NCBI GenBank assembly: GCA_964517015.1
Contig: CAZFAW010000002.1
Coordinates: 1-28,400, forward strand
Direction of reading: 5' to 3'
Origin: an uncultured Chryseobacterium sp.
Lineage (GTDB): Bacteria; Bacteroidota; Bacteroidia; Flavobacteriales_F; PHOS-HE28
DNA: 28,400 nt
In this document: piece after piece, positions 9,269 through 18,078 of the stretch
How the letters are laid out: each line of letters begins with the position of its first letter
Numbering within the stretch: position 1 is the first letter of the stretch
Program-made: the position numbers and the translations under genes
The notes under the pieces: generated by a model
What the model was told of the DNA's origin: nothing
Databases searched by the model: none
Seen by the model: only the letters and a program-made list of their open reading frames with translations

Positions 9269-10315
9269 ATGGCCCTTACCTCGGTGACCCGGTACAAGCT
9301 GCGCAAGCTGCTGAAGTACGCCCTGGTCACGGGCCTCGTGGCGGCGGTCTTCACGCTCTTCAGCGGCGAACCGTTCCGCTGGTACCACCTGGCCTGGTTG
9401 CTGCTGGGCTTGTGGACGGGCGTGCTGGAGGAGTTCCTTTTCGGCCGCGGGTTCCGTTCGCTGGCCATCCCCTTGCAGTTCCTGGGCAAGGCCATGCTGG
9501 TGAACGCCTTCAGCATCGGCATGGTCGCACTGGCCTTCGCCTTCAACGGCGAACGGCTGCTGCCCTACCTGGGCGAGGGCAACACGGTAATGGCCGATGT
9601 GTTCGTGCAGGCCGCCTTCTACCGCCTGATCATGCGCGTGGTGGTGGTCACGACCATCGCGATCCTGATCGTGCAGATCGAGGAATTGACCGGCCGCCGC
9701 ATGTTCCTCGGCTTCCTGCTGGGCCGCTACGAGACGCCCATGGCCAGCGATCGCGTGGTGATGACCATGGACCTGGTGGGCAGCACCGGCCTGGCCGAAC
9801 GCCTGGGCGACCTGCGTTACTTCCGCTTCCTGAACCGCACCTACTCGCTCATGACCGATGCGGTGCTGCACAACGAGGCCGACATCCACAAATACATCGG
9901 CGACGAGGTGATCTTCACCTGGACCATGCGCAGCGGTACGCGCCACCTGAACTGCCTGGACCTCTTCTTCGACATCCAGGAGCGCATCGCCGTGCACGCC
10001 AACGACCTGCAACGCGAGTTCGGCGCCGTGCCGCGATACCGCGCCGCGGTGCATGGTGGCACGGTGATCACCGCGCGGATCGGCCACATCAAGCGGGCGA
10101 TCGACCTGAGCGGCGACCTGATGAACAGCGTGAGCCGCATGCTGGGACTCTGCAAGCAGCTCGATGCGGGCCTGCTGGCGAGCAGCGAACTGCTGGAGCG
10201 CATGCCCGGGGCCGCCGAACGCTTCGACATCGGTCCGGAGCACACCCTGCCGGTGAAAGGGCGCCGCCGGGAGGTGCATGTTCGCACCGTTGCGCGCCGA
10301 TTAAAAGTGGCATGA
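9269..10315 (+). CDS. Membrane-anchored class III adenylate/guanylate cyclase (multi-TM N-terminus)
   Basis: About four hydrophobic helices, then class III motifs MDLVGSTGLAERLG, KYIGDEV, RAAVHGG, DLSGDLMNSVSRM and VKGR. Confidence 0.85.
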   Translation: MALTSVTRYKLRKLLKYALVTGLVAAVFTLFSGEPFRWYHLAWLLLGLWTGVLEEFLFGRGFRSLAIPLQFLGKAMLVNAFSIGMVALAFAFNGERLLPYLGEGNTVMADVFVQAAFYRLIMRVVVVTTIAILIVQIEELTGRRMFLGFLLGRYETPMASDRVVMTMDLVGSTGLAERLGDLRYFRFLNRTYSLMTDAVLHNEADIHKYIGDEVIFTWTMRSGTRHLNCLDLFFDIQERIAVHANDLQREFGAVPRYRAAVHGGTVITARIGHIKRAIDLSGDLMNSVSRMLGLCKQLDAGLLASSELLERMPGAAERFDIGPEHTLPVKGRRREVHVRTVARRLKVA

Positions 10316-11406
10316 GCATGCGTTCGTGGATCGCGCCGTTCCTGGCCCTGCCCCTGGGGTGCGCGGCCCAGGGTCTGGCGCCGTTCATCACCCCGCTCGA
10401 TCATTTCATGGCGTTCGAACGCGGCCGATTCCGCGAAGTGGAACCGCGCAAGCCGCAGCAGGTGGTGTACGCCGGCGATCGCATCGTGTACCTCGACGAC
10501 CAGGGGCGCTTGAAGTTCCGCTCGGAGAAAAGCACCACCCCGGGTGATCGCAGCGGGCCGTTGACCCTGATCGGCGGTGGTGCGCAGGTGGCCTTCACCG
10601 ACGGTACGCGGCTGGGCATCGCACGCAGCACCGGATCGCTCATGCTGAGCAACGACGCCACCGGCGTGCGCGTAACGGACAGCCTGGTGGTGTGGCACGA
10701 TCGCGAGCACGGCGAACTGAAGGTGTGCGCGCACAACAACGTGTACACCGTGGCGCCGATCACCTCCGATACCGCGACGACCCGGTGGCAGGCCGGCGCC
10801 AACACGCTCACGTTCCACGACCGGCGCTCGCGCACGATCCAGGTCTTCTACCGCGGCAAGGTGAGCGAACTGTGCGACAGCAGCGACGTGTTCCGCGTGT
10901 CCTGCGGGGGCGATGTGGTGGCCTATTGGGATCCAGGTCCGCGCCGCTTCATGGTCATGGACCACGATGCGCGCAAGGTGCTGGAGGAATTCGCACCGAT
11001 CGACTTCCAGGCCGGCGATGGGTTGCTGGCCTACACCGATGCGCTCGTGTCCTTCAACCTCTACCGCAGCGGCACAAGCGTGAAGGTGCTCGACCACCAA
11101 CCCACGCGGTATTGGGTGAAGGACAGCACCGTGGTGTTCGTGGACCGCGGCATGTTCTGGACCGTGGAGCAGGGCAGGGCGGAAGTGGTGGAGGAATACG
11201 TGCCGGAGCAGTGGGAGGTGGACGGCGGCAGCATCGTGTACCTGGACCTGAACCGCGAGATCCGCGAATACCACCACGGACGTCGGGCGCTGCTCTCCCG
11301 CGAGGCCCGCATCGCGCGGTTCGAGCGCTACGGCGATGTGGTGCTCTACCGCAACGAACTCGGCACCCTCAAGGCCGCGTGGAACGGCAGGGTCCATGAA
11401 TACTAG
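10312..11406 (+). CDS. Secreted hypothetical protein with about nine ~37-aa beta repeats
   Basis: ATGA overlap with the cyclase stop; signal peptide ending CAAQ; recurring GDxxxx(Y/F)xD-like motif (AGDRIVYLD, GGDVVAYWD, AGDGLLAYTD, DGGSIVYLD, YGDVVLYRN). Confidence 0.7.
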   Translation: MSMRSWIAPFLALPLGCAAQGLAPFITPLDHFMAFERGRFREVEPRKPQQVVYAGDRIVYLDDQGRLKFRSEKSTTPGDRSGPLTLIGGGAQVAFTDGTRLGIARSTGSLMLSNDATGVRVTDSLVVWHDREHGELKVCAHNNVYTVAPITSDTATTRWQAGANTLTFHDRRSRTIQVFYRGKVSELCDSSDVFRVSCGGDVVAYWDPGPRRFMVMDHDARKVLEEFAPIDFQAGDGLLAYTDALVSFNLYRSGTSVKVLDHQPTRYWVKDSTVVFVDRGMFWTVEQGRAEVVEEYVPEQWEVDGGSIVYLDLNREIREYHHGRRALLSREARIARFERYGDVVLYRNELGTLKAAWNGRVHEY

Positions 11407-11765
11407 CGCGGTCCCGCCGGTGCGTCGTTCTCCGGCACCCAGAACGGTTTCGTGACCAGGTAGTACCAGGCCACGCACAGCATGCCCAGGCCGAAGAAGA
11501 CCGTGGCGTAGGGACGCGTGCCATCGTTCAGGAAGAACTCGCCCAGCATCCACACGCTGTTGGCGCAGATCCAGCACACCACGGCCAGCGCGTGCAAGAG
11601 CTCCCCCCGATCGCTGCGGCATTTCCACGCGATGTGCACGGCCATGACCACCGTGGGCAGGATCATGGCCGTACCCAGCCATTTCAGGTCCAGCACCCAG
11701 CACACGTCCTTGAACAACCAGAGCACGATGTGGAAATTCTCCTTGCGGCGCAGCAGGTCGATCAT
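11403..11765 (-). CDS. Small (120 aa) multi-pass membrane hypothetical protein
   Basis: About four hydrophobic segments. Its stop overlaps the convergent gene's stop (CTAG at 11403-11406). CATCTTTG motif at 11783-11790 (-) upstream. Confidence 0.7.
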   Translation of the reverse strand: MIDLLRRKENFHIVLWLFKDVCWVLDLKWLGTAMILPTVVMAVHIAWKCRSDRGELLHALAVVCWICANSVWMLGEFFLNDGTRPYATVFFGLGMLCVAWYYLVTKPFWVPENDAPAGPR

Positions 11766-11823
11766 GGCCGGGGTGTTTCGGCCAAAGATGCACGGTGCTT
11801 GCAGAAGGCAGGGTCCGTCCCGG

Positions 11824-11831
11824 TATTTTCG
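11824..11831 (+). promoter_or_regulatory. Putative -7 element (TATTTTCG) for the three-gene paralog operon
   Basis: Recurrent octamer, 11 nt before ATG 11843. Confidence 0.5.
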
Positions 11832-11842
11832 CCCCCATCCCG

Positions 11843-12394
11843 ATGCGTTCCTTCCTGCTCTCCCTGGCCGCGCTGACCGCCTGCCCGTCGCACGCCTTCT
11901 ACATCCGCATGCACGGCATCGTCACGGAATACTTCAGCGGCGAACCCATCAAGGGCGCGCAGGTGCGCATGGTGAAGGACGGCATCGAGCGCGAGACGCA
12001 GCTCACCAAGCGTGATGGCCAGTACGAGTTCATCCTGGACCGGGGCTACACCTACCTGATCTGGTTCTACAAGGACGGCTGGGTGACCAAGCACGTGAAG
12101 ATCGACGCCACCGGCGTGCCGCCCATACCGGATGTCCCGTTCCATGAACTGGACGTGCAGGTCTCGCTCTTCACCTGGGTGGATGGGGTGGATCTCACGA
12201 TCTTCGAGCAGCCGCTGGGCCTGGCGGAATACGTGCAGAGCGTGCGGAAGACCACCTGGGACGTGGAGTACACCGAGGCCCTTCGCCCCAAGGTGGAGCG
12301 GGTGATGATCGACTATCAACGGCGCATGGGCAAGCTCGCCCACGCCCGGCCCGGAAAGGGCGATGCCGAACGACGCGAGGACCATGTGGACTGA
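11843..12394 (+). CDS. Secreted protein with carboxypeptidase-regulatory-like (transthyretin-like) domain; paralog 1
   Basis: Signal peptide MRSFLLSLAALTACPSHA; pattern GIVTE...GEPIKGAQV...T...DGQYEF...Y...F.KDG; C-terminal PLGLAEY...TWDVEYT. Confidence 0.7.
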   Translation: MRSFLLSLAALTACPSHAFYIRMHGIVTEYFSGEPIKGAQVRMVKDGIERETQLTKRDGQYEFILDRGYTYLIWFYKDGWVTKHVKIDATGVPPIPDVPFHELDVQVSLFTWVDGVDLTIFEQPLGLAEYVQSVRKTTWDVEYTEALRPKVERVMIDYQRRMGKLAHARPGKGDAERREDHVD

Positions 12395-13343
12395 ATTGCG
12401 ACGCGCAAGCCTGCTCTTCGTTCTGGCCACGGCCGGTGCGGGGGCGCATGCCCAATTGGAAAAGCTCTTCATCGAGGGGCGCATGATCGACGGCCAGAGC
12501 GGCGTGGTGATCATGGATGCCGAACTTTCCGTGATCGACAGCCTGGACCGGGAGTTCAGCTTCCGGGCGCGCGCAGGCGTGAACGGGGCCTTCAGCGCAG
12601 CGTTGTATTCCGGCGCCCACTACGCCCTGCGGTTCGCCGCACCGGGCTACCAGGACCGTTGCGCGGTGATCGACCTGAAGGCCGATCGCGACTGGCCCGA
12701 TGTTTCGCAGGTTTGGACGATCACCATGGACGTGCCCATGCAGCCGCTCGCTGCCAACATCGGCGCCCCGGCCGGCTGCGACTGGCGTTGCACGTTCAAG
12801 GGTCGAACGGCCGCCCTGGAATGGCGCGAGGACGATGCCCGACGCATGTTCCCCATCGTGAAGGCTCCGAACCCGCGCAACGCCGATGAACTGGAGCTGA
12901 GCTACCACCGCGCCGACAACCGGCAGTTGCTGGTGAAGGGCTATGTGAAGGACATGCGCGACGAACATCCGCTGGACCATGCCGAGGTGCGCTTCACCAC
13001 CACGGGGCAGCGCGATACGGTGATCACCACCGATGCGAAGGGCTACTACGAACTGGAACGCTCCTTCGACCTGCCGTTCCGCATCGCCTACGCGGCAGAG
13101 AACAAGGTGAGCAAGATCGTGGAGGTGGACCCGCGCACCGTGCCGGAGAAGGAACGGAAGCAGGGCTTCGTGGTCTGGGTCGACATCACCCTTTTCGCCC
13201 CGATCCCCGGTGCCGACCTGGGCTTCCTGTCCGAACCCATCGGCCGCGCCGCCTACGACCCCAAGAGCCGCACCATCAACTGGGACATGAAGTATTCGCT
13301 GCCGTTGATGGAACGGCTGAACGCGATCCTGGAGAAGCGATGA
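12384..13343 (+). CDS. Secreted protein with two carboxypeptidase-regulatory-like domains; paralog 2
   Basis: Signal peptide ending GAHAQ; two domains (IEGRMIDG...NGAFS and VKGYVKD...TTDAKGYYEL); C-terminal PIGRAAY...INWDMKYS. Overlaps the upstream gene by 11 nt. Confidence 0.7.
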   Translation: MWTELRRASLLFVLATAGAGAHAQLEKLFIEGRMIDGQSGVVIMDAELSVIDSLDREFSFRARAGVNGAFSAALYSGAHYALRFAAPGYQDRCAVIDLKADRDWPDVSQVWTITMDVPMQPLAANIGAPAGCDWRCTFKGRTAALEWREDDARRMFPIVKAPNPRNADELELSYHRADNRQLLVKGYVKDMRDEHPLDHAEVRFTTTGQRDTVITTDAKGYYELERSFDLPFRIAYAAENKVSKIVEVDPRTVPEKERKQGFVVWVDITLFAPIPGADLGFLSEPIGRAAYDPKSRTINWDMKYSLPLMERLNAILEKR

Positions 13344-13855
13344 AGCGGGCGCTGGGCCCCGCGCTCCTGGCCCTTGCGCTGCACACGAGCGCGCAGCACG
13401 TGATCGTATCGGGCAAACTGCGGGACTTCGATACGGCGGCGGCATTGGCGGCGGCCACGATCGATGCCACCGATCCCACCGGCGCGTCGATCCCGGCGAT
13501 CGCGAACGATACCGGCGGTTACACGCTCCGGTTGCCGTTCGATCATGCATGGGAACTGACCTTCCGCGCCGGATCGCACGTGCCCAAGCGCATCCTCATG
13601 GATACACGCGGGATCCCGGCGGAGGAACGGAGGAACGACTTCGTGATCACCGTGGACGCGACCTTGATGGAACCCGAACCGGAAGTGGATTATTCCGCCC
13701 TGGACCGGCCGATCGGGCGCTGTGCCTATGCGGCGCAGGAACGCACGGTCGCCTGGGACCTGCCGTACACGCGCGAACGGAGCGCGGCCATCCGGGCGCT
13801 CATGGAGGAGCACCAGCGCGCGCACCAGCGCATCAGCCCGCCCGCAACGCATTGA
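13340..13855 (+). CDS. Secreted protein with carboxypeptidase-regulatory-like domain; paralog 3
   Basis: ATGA overlap; signal peptide ending HTSAQ; VSGKLRD...NDTGGYTL; PIGRCAY...VAWDLPYT. Confidence 0.7.
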   Translation: MKRALGPALLALALHTSAQHVIVSGKLRDFDTAAALAAATIDATDPTGASIPAIANDTGGYTLRLPFDHAWELTFRAGSHVPKRILMDTRGIPAEERRNDFVITVDATLMEPEPEVDYSALDRPIGRCAYAAQERTVAWDLPYTRERSAAIRALMEEHQRAHQRISPPATH

Positions 13856-14678
13856 TCAGGGCCACGGCCTCCACGGCCTCCTTCACGTCGTGCACGCGCA
13901 GGATCGCAGCACCGTTCACCAACGCCACGGTGTTCAGCACGGTGGTGCCGTTCAACGCCTGTTCGGGCGTGCAGCCCAACACCTCGTTGATCATGCGCTT
14001 GCGCGACAGCCCGACGAGCACCGGATGGCCCAACGCCACGAACCGCGGCAGGGCATTGAGCAGCGCATGGTTGTGCGCGGTGGTCTTGCCGAAGCCGAAC
14101 CCGGGATCGATGATCACATCGGCGATCCCGGCGGCGTGCGCGGCCGTGGCCCGTTCGCTCAGGAAATGCGTCACCTCCGCGACCACATCGGTGTACCGCG
14201 GATCCTGCTGCATGGTGGCGGGGCGCCCTCGCATGTGCATGAGCACGTAGGGCACGCCGGCTTTCGCCACAGTGGCCAGCATGCCCGGGTCAAGCAGGCC
14301 CGCGCCGATGTCGTTCACCATCCCGGCTCCGGCGTCCAGCGCTTCGGCAGCCAAACGTGCACGCGGGGTATCCACGCTGATCAGAGCGTCCGGGTAACGC
14401 GCATGCAAGGCCTGGATCACGGGGATCGTGCGCCGCAGCTCCTCCTCCTCGGGCACTTCGCCGGAACCGGGTCGTGAACTGGCACCGCCCACGTCCAGGA
14501 TCGAGGCCCCTTCGCACAAGTGGCGTTCGGCCAGTGCCAGCGCGGCATCGACGGTCGTTGCGCGGCTCGCGGCATGGAACGAATCCGGGGTCGTGTTCAC
14601 GATCCCCATCACCAACGGGAAGCGCGGTGCGAGGAGCCGGTCCTTCACGCGCCAGCCGGGCATGGGGCCTTCGTGCAT
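13833..14678 (-). CDS. folP: Dihydropteroate synthase
   Basis: Motifs VMGIVNTTPDSF, LDVGGASSRPG, ISVDT, VNDI, LMHMRG, IDPGFGFGKT, VGLSRK, ILRVHDV. Start uncertain (14693 TTG, 14678 or 14663 ATG). Overlaps the convergent gene by 23 nt. Confidence 0.95.
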   Translation of the reverse strand: MHEGPMPGWRVKDRLLAPRFPLVMGIVNTTPDSFHAASRATTVDAALALAERHLCEGASILDVGGASSRPGSGEVPEEEELRRTIPVIQALHARYPDALISVDTPRARLAAEALDAGAGMVNDIGAGLLDPGMLATVAKAGVPYVLMHMRGRPATMQQDPRYTDVVAEVTHFLSERATAAHAAGIADVIIDPGFGFGKTTAHNHALLNALPRFVALGHPVLVGLSRKRMINEVLGCTPEQALNGTTVLNTVALVNGAAILRVHDVKEAVEAVALINALRAG

Positions 14679-14741
14679 GCCCGCAAGTTGCAACGCGAAA
14701 TGACAACGGCGCCACCGTTGTTCCGCGACGCCAGTGGTCCG

Positions 14742-16127
14742 TCAGTGCACCTTCACCACGCTGCCTTGTGCCAGCACTTGCGTGCCATCGTCCGTGAACA
14801 ACCGAACCAGGTAAAGGCCATCGGGTACCGCCGAGAGGTCCAGGTCCGTGCCCCGGTGGTGCAACCACGTTGCCGCCAAGGCACCCTGTCCGTCCATCAG
14901 TTCCACGCGGCATCCGTTCAGCGCGGCCAGGTGCCCCACGGTGAGGTGACCGGTGCAGGGCACGGGCCAGGCCCGGAGTTCGGGGATCGTGGTGCTTTCG
15001 GCGACGGCGTTCTGCGAGGCATCGGTGAAAACGTCGACGGTCTCCGGCATGTCCGTCACGAAATCATAGCCGCCCACGAAAAAGGCCTGGTTGCCGCTGG
15101 TGGTGGCCAGGAAGTTCACCCGCGCGTAGCTCATGGTGGTCGAACTCCACGCATCCGCCCCGGCATCGTGGATGTCCACTACGGCCGAAGCAGCGGTGTA
15201 GTACCAATCGGTGAGGAACCCCGAGGGCCCGCCGCCAGCGAAGAGCGCGTAATTCCCGACCGAAGTGGCCTGGATGCCGTAGCGTGCAGCGCTCAGGTCG
15301 GCCGTGCTCCAGGTGTCCGTCGTAGTATCGTACACATCCACCAGCGTGGTCGCGGTCTCATCGGCCAACTGGCCGCCGGCGAAGAACACCTTGGTTCCCG
15401 CTGCGGTGCCGCCACCGTAGAACGCGCGCGCAGCGGACAGCGTGGCCTGGGTCCAAGTGTTCGTGGAGGCATCGTAGATGTCCACACGATCGCTCACCGC
15501 GCCGTTGCCTTTGTACCCCCCGGCGAAATAGGCCTTGGTGCCCAGCACGGCGCTGGCCATGCCACCGCGCGCCTCGGAGAGCGTGGCCGTGCTCCAGGTG
15601 CCGCTTCCCACATCGTAGATATCGACCACGGAGGAAGGGGTGCCGATCAGCGGCGCACCGTCCTCGAAGTCCATGCCTCCGGCGAAGAGGATCTTGCTCC
15701 CCACACCCACCGCTGAAAGTTCCACACGGGGCGCGGACAAGGCGGCCGTTCCTTCCAAGCTGGCGGTGGCCAGGTCCTGTATCTCCACCGTGGCCGACTC
15801 CACCAGCGTGTTGAAGTTGATGCCGCCGCCGCAGAGCATCTTGCCGTCGGCTACGGCGCACGCCACCTTGCCCCGCTCTTCCGTGAGGAACAAGGGGTCG
15901 AGGTTCCATTCGTCCAAGAGCCGGTCGTAGACCTGGATGGTGGTGGTGTAAGCGTAAGAGGCGTCGTATCCTCCGGCCACATAGACCTTGCTGAAGTCGC
16001 TTCCGCCGCCGTGCTGGCATTGCCCATCGGGCAGGGTCACGGTGCTCCATTGTGCATGGGCCGATCGGTCGGGCAATGCGGTGGAACAGAGGATCGCCAG
16101 TGCGGCTGGGAGCGTGCGAGGGGTCAT
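14742..16127 (-). CDS. Kelch-repeat beta-propeller protein with T9SS type-A sorting domain
   Basis: Signal peptide ending AHAQ. Seven Kelch-like blades (KVYVAGG, KMLCGGG, KILFAGG, KAYFAGG, KVFFAGG, YALFAGG, QAFFVGG; W(S/T)xAxLSxAR). CTD AWPVP...LDLSAVPDGLYLVRL...VVK. Confidence 0.85.
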   Translation of the reverse strand: MTPRTLPAALAILCSTALPDRSAHAQWSTVTLPDGQCQHGGGSDFSKVYVAGGYDASYAYTTTIQVYDRLLDEWNLDPLFLTEERGKVACAVADGKMLCGGGINFNTLVESATVEIQDLATASLEGTAALSAPRVELSAVGVGSKILFAGGMDFEDGAPLIGTPSSVVDIYDVGSGTWSTATLSEARGGMASAVLGTKAYFAGGYKGNGAVSDRVDIYDASTNTWTQATLSAARAFYGGGTAAGTKVFFAGGQLADETATTLVDVYDTTTDTWSTADLSAARYGIQATSVGNYALFAGGGPSGFLTDWYYTAASAVVDIHDAGADAWSSTTMSYARVNFLATTSGNQAFFVGGYDFVTDMPETVDVFTDASQNAVAESTTIPELRAWPVPCTGHLTVGHLAALNGCRVELMDGQGALAATWLHHRGTDLDLSAVPDGLYLVRLFTDDGTQVLAQGSVVKVH

Positions 16128-16182
16128 GATCGTTCGGGGGTACTTGGGCGGGCAAAGTGGCCCTGGCGCCAAGTTCATGAAA

Positions 16183-16198
16183 TACCCGCTTCGTGGTA
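16183..16198 (-). promoter_or_regulatory. Palindromic operator box A (TACCACGAAGCGGGTA on - strand) upstream of the Kelch gene
   Basis: TACC-N8-GGTA, followed by TTTC at the -33 position; CCACTTTG (16153-16160) begins 22 nt after the box. Confidence 0.6.
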
Positions 16199-16206
16199 GG
16201 CGGCCT

Positions 16207-16222
16207 TACCACCAACGGGGCA
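16207..16222 (+). promoter_or_regulatory. Operator box B (TACCACCAACGGGGCA) upstream of the histidine kinase gene
   Basis: 13/16 identical to box C. GACCTTCG (16246-16253) begins 23 nt after it and lies 4 nt before ATG 16258. Confidence 0.55.
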
Positions 16223-16257
16223 TTGCCTGTTCCGGGCCGGTCATGGACCTTCGCGGC

Positions 16258-18042
16258 ATGCAGCGCTTCATACGACCTCGTGGATGCGTGCTGATGCTCC
16301 TGCTGTGTGCATGCCTTCCGGGCATGGCTCAACGCGTGGAGGAAGCCCGTCGGTTGATCCGGCAAGGCGCTGCCGAACAGGCGATCGTACTGCTGGACCC
16401 GGAGATCGCCGCGCGGGAACAGGACGGCGATACTTCGGGAATCGTCCGTGCCCTCGTGGTCCGGGCTCGTGCAGCGTACGACCTGGGCCGGTCGCCAGCG
16501 GCATTGTACGATCTGCAACGCTGCATCGCATGGGGTGGCGCTGTGGGCGCGTGGAACGAAGTGGGCGATGCCTGGACATTGAAGGGCGTGATCGCGCAGG
16601 AGAACAGCGGCATGGACAGTGCACGCAGCGCCTACGAGCGGGCCATCGCGGCCCATCTGAAGGCCGGAGACACGTCGGCCTGTGCACTTGTGTACGACAA
16701 CATGGGCCAGTTCAACCTGAACAACGGGGACATCCGCGGTGCAATGGCCTGGAGCGAGAAGGCGCTCGCCTGCCTGAAGGACACCGCATGGCCCGACCAT
16801 TACCGCACTGCGGCGCTCATCGAGAGTTCGCTGTGCAACTACCACACGTGGTCCGGGCAGGGTGAGCAAGGCGTGCAGCACGGCGAACGATCGGTGGAAC
16901 TGGCGGGGCGGAGCGGCGAGGTCTATGCCATCGTCCATACAGGCACCCAACTCGCAGGGGCGTACCTGGCGATCGGCAAGGTGTCGCCTGCACTGAAACT
17001 GCTGCTACGGTCCGATTCGCTCGCGCGCGCACATGCCTTCCCGGCGATCAAGCACCGCGACATCGCCGAACTGCTGTCCTCGGCCTATGAGGCGCTCGGG
17101 GATCCCGCGCGCGCATTGTACTACTACAGGCAGCGCGCGGCCTACAACGACAGTGCGCGAAGCCTGTCCACAAGGCGCACGATCGAAGCCATGGAACGCC
17201 GGCAACTGTTGGTGGCCGACAGCCTGCGCTACCAGGGGCGGCTGCGGGAACAAGCGGCCCGGCACCTTGCGGCGATCGCCACGCAGCGCTGGATCACCGC
17301 AGGCGCCTTGGCGGTGGGTGTGCTCGTATTGGTCATCGCCTTGCTGTACCGTGATCGCGACCGCCGTACGAAGCGCGCGAACGCCTTGATCCTCCAACAA
17401 CAGGAACGACTGGTGCGCAGCGAGCGTGCACGCCAGGCCGAAGAGCTTCGCACACGCATCGCTCGCGACATCCACGACGAGATCGGCGGCGAACTCACCA
17501 AGATCACCCTGCTGGGGAGCAAGGCGCGCCGGGAATGGAGCGAAGGATCGCCGGGGATCGAAGGCTCACTGGACCGCATTCGCGACCTGTCCAGGAGGGT
17601 GGGGGCCGCGCTCAGCGACATCGTGTGGGCCGTGGATCCCGACCGCGATACCGTGCAGGGATTGGTGGAGCATGCACGGGGCATGGTGGAGACCCTGTTG
17701 GAAGATGCACCCGTACTGGCGGACATCCGGTTCGCGCACCAGGATGGCGATCGTTCCATCGACCCCGCCGTGCGCCGCGACATCTTCATGGTGCTCAAGG
17801 AGGCGCTGAACAACACGCTCAAGCATGCAAAGGCCACACGGGTGCAGGTGCTGTTCGAAACCGATGCGCTCACCTACCACCTGCAAGTGCGGGACGATGG
17901 GCTAGGGTTCGCCGAAGGCACTTCCCGGGGGAACGGGTTGAGGAACATCCGTGCACGGGTGGAGCGGTTGCATGCCCGGTTCGAACTGTCTTCCGCTCCA
18001 GGAGCGGGCACGACCCTTGAACTGCGCGGTACATTCCGTTGA
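16258..18042 (+). CDS. TPR-sensor membrane histidine kinase, HisKA_3 (NarX/UhpB-like) type
   Basis: Signal peptide ending GMAQ; TPR-like helices; TM WITAGALAVGVLVLVIALLY; H-box RIARDIHDEIG; EALNNTLKHA; DDGLGF; GNGLRNI; GAGT. Start 16258 (alternative 16243). Confidence 0.9.
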   Translation: MQRFIRPRGCVLMLLLCACLPGMAQRVEEARRLIRQGAAEQAIVLLDPEIAAREQDGDTSGIVRALVVRARAAYDLGRSPAALYDLQRCIAWGGAVGAWNEVGDAWTLKGVIAQENSGMDSARSAYERAIAAHLKAGDTSACALVYDNMGQFNLNNGDIRGAMAWSEKALACLKDTAWPDHYRTAALIESSLCNYHTWSGQGEQGVQHGERSVELAGRSGEVYAIVHTGTQLAGAYLAIGKVSPALKLLLRSDSLARAHAFPAIKHRDIAELLSSAYEALGDPARALYYYRQRAAYNDSARSLSTRRTIEAMERRQLLVADSLRYQGRLREQAARHLAAIATQRWITAGALAVGVLVLVIALLYRDRDRRTKRANALILQQQERLVRSERARQAEELRTRIARDIHDEIGGELTKITLLGSKARREWSEGSPGIEGSLDRIRDLSRRVGAALSDIVWAVDPDRDTVQGLVEHARGMVETLLEDAPVLADIRFAHQDGDRSIDPAVRRDIFMVLKEALNNTLKHAKATRVQVLFETDALTYHLQVRDDGLGFAEGTSRGNGLRNIRARVERLHARFELSSAPGAGTTLELRGTFR

Positions 18043-18078
18043 ACCCGCAGCAGGGCGGCGTTCGGTAGATTGGCACCC

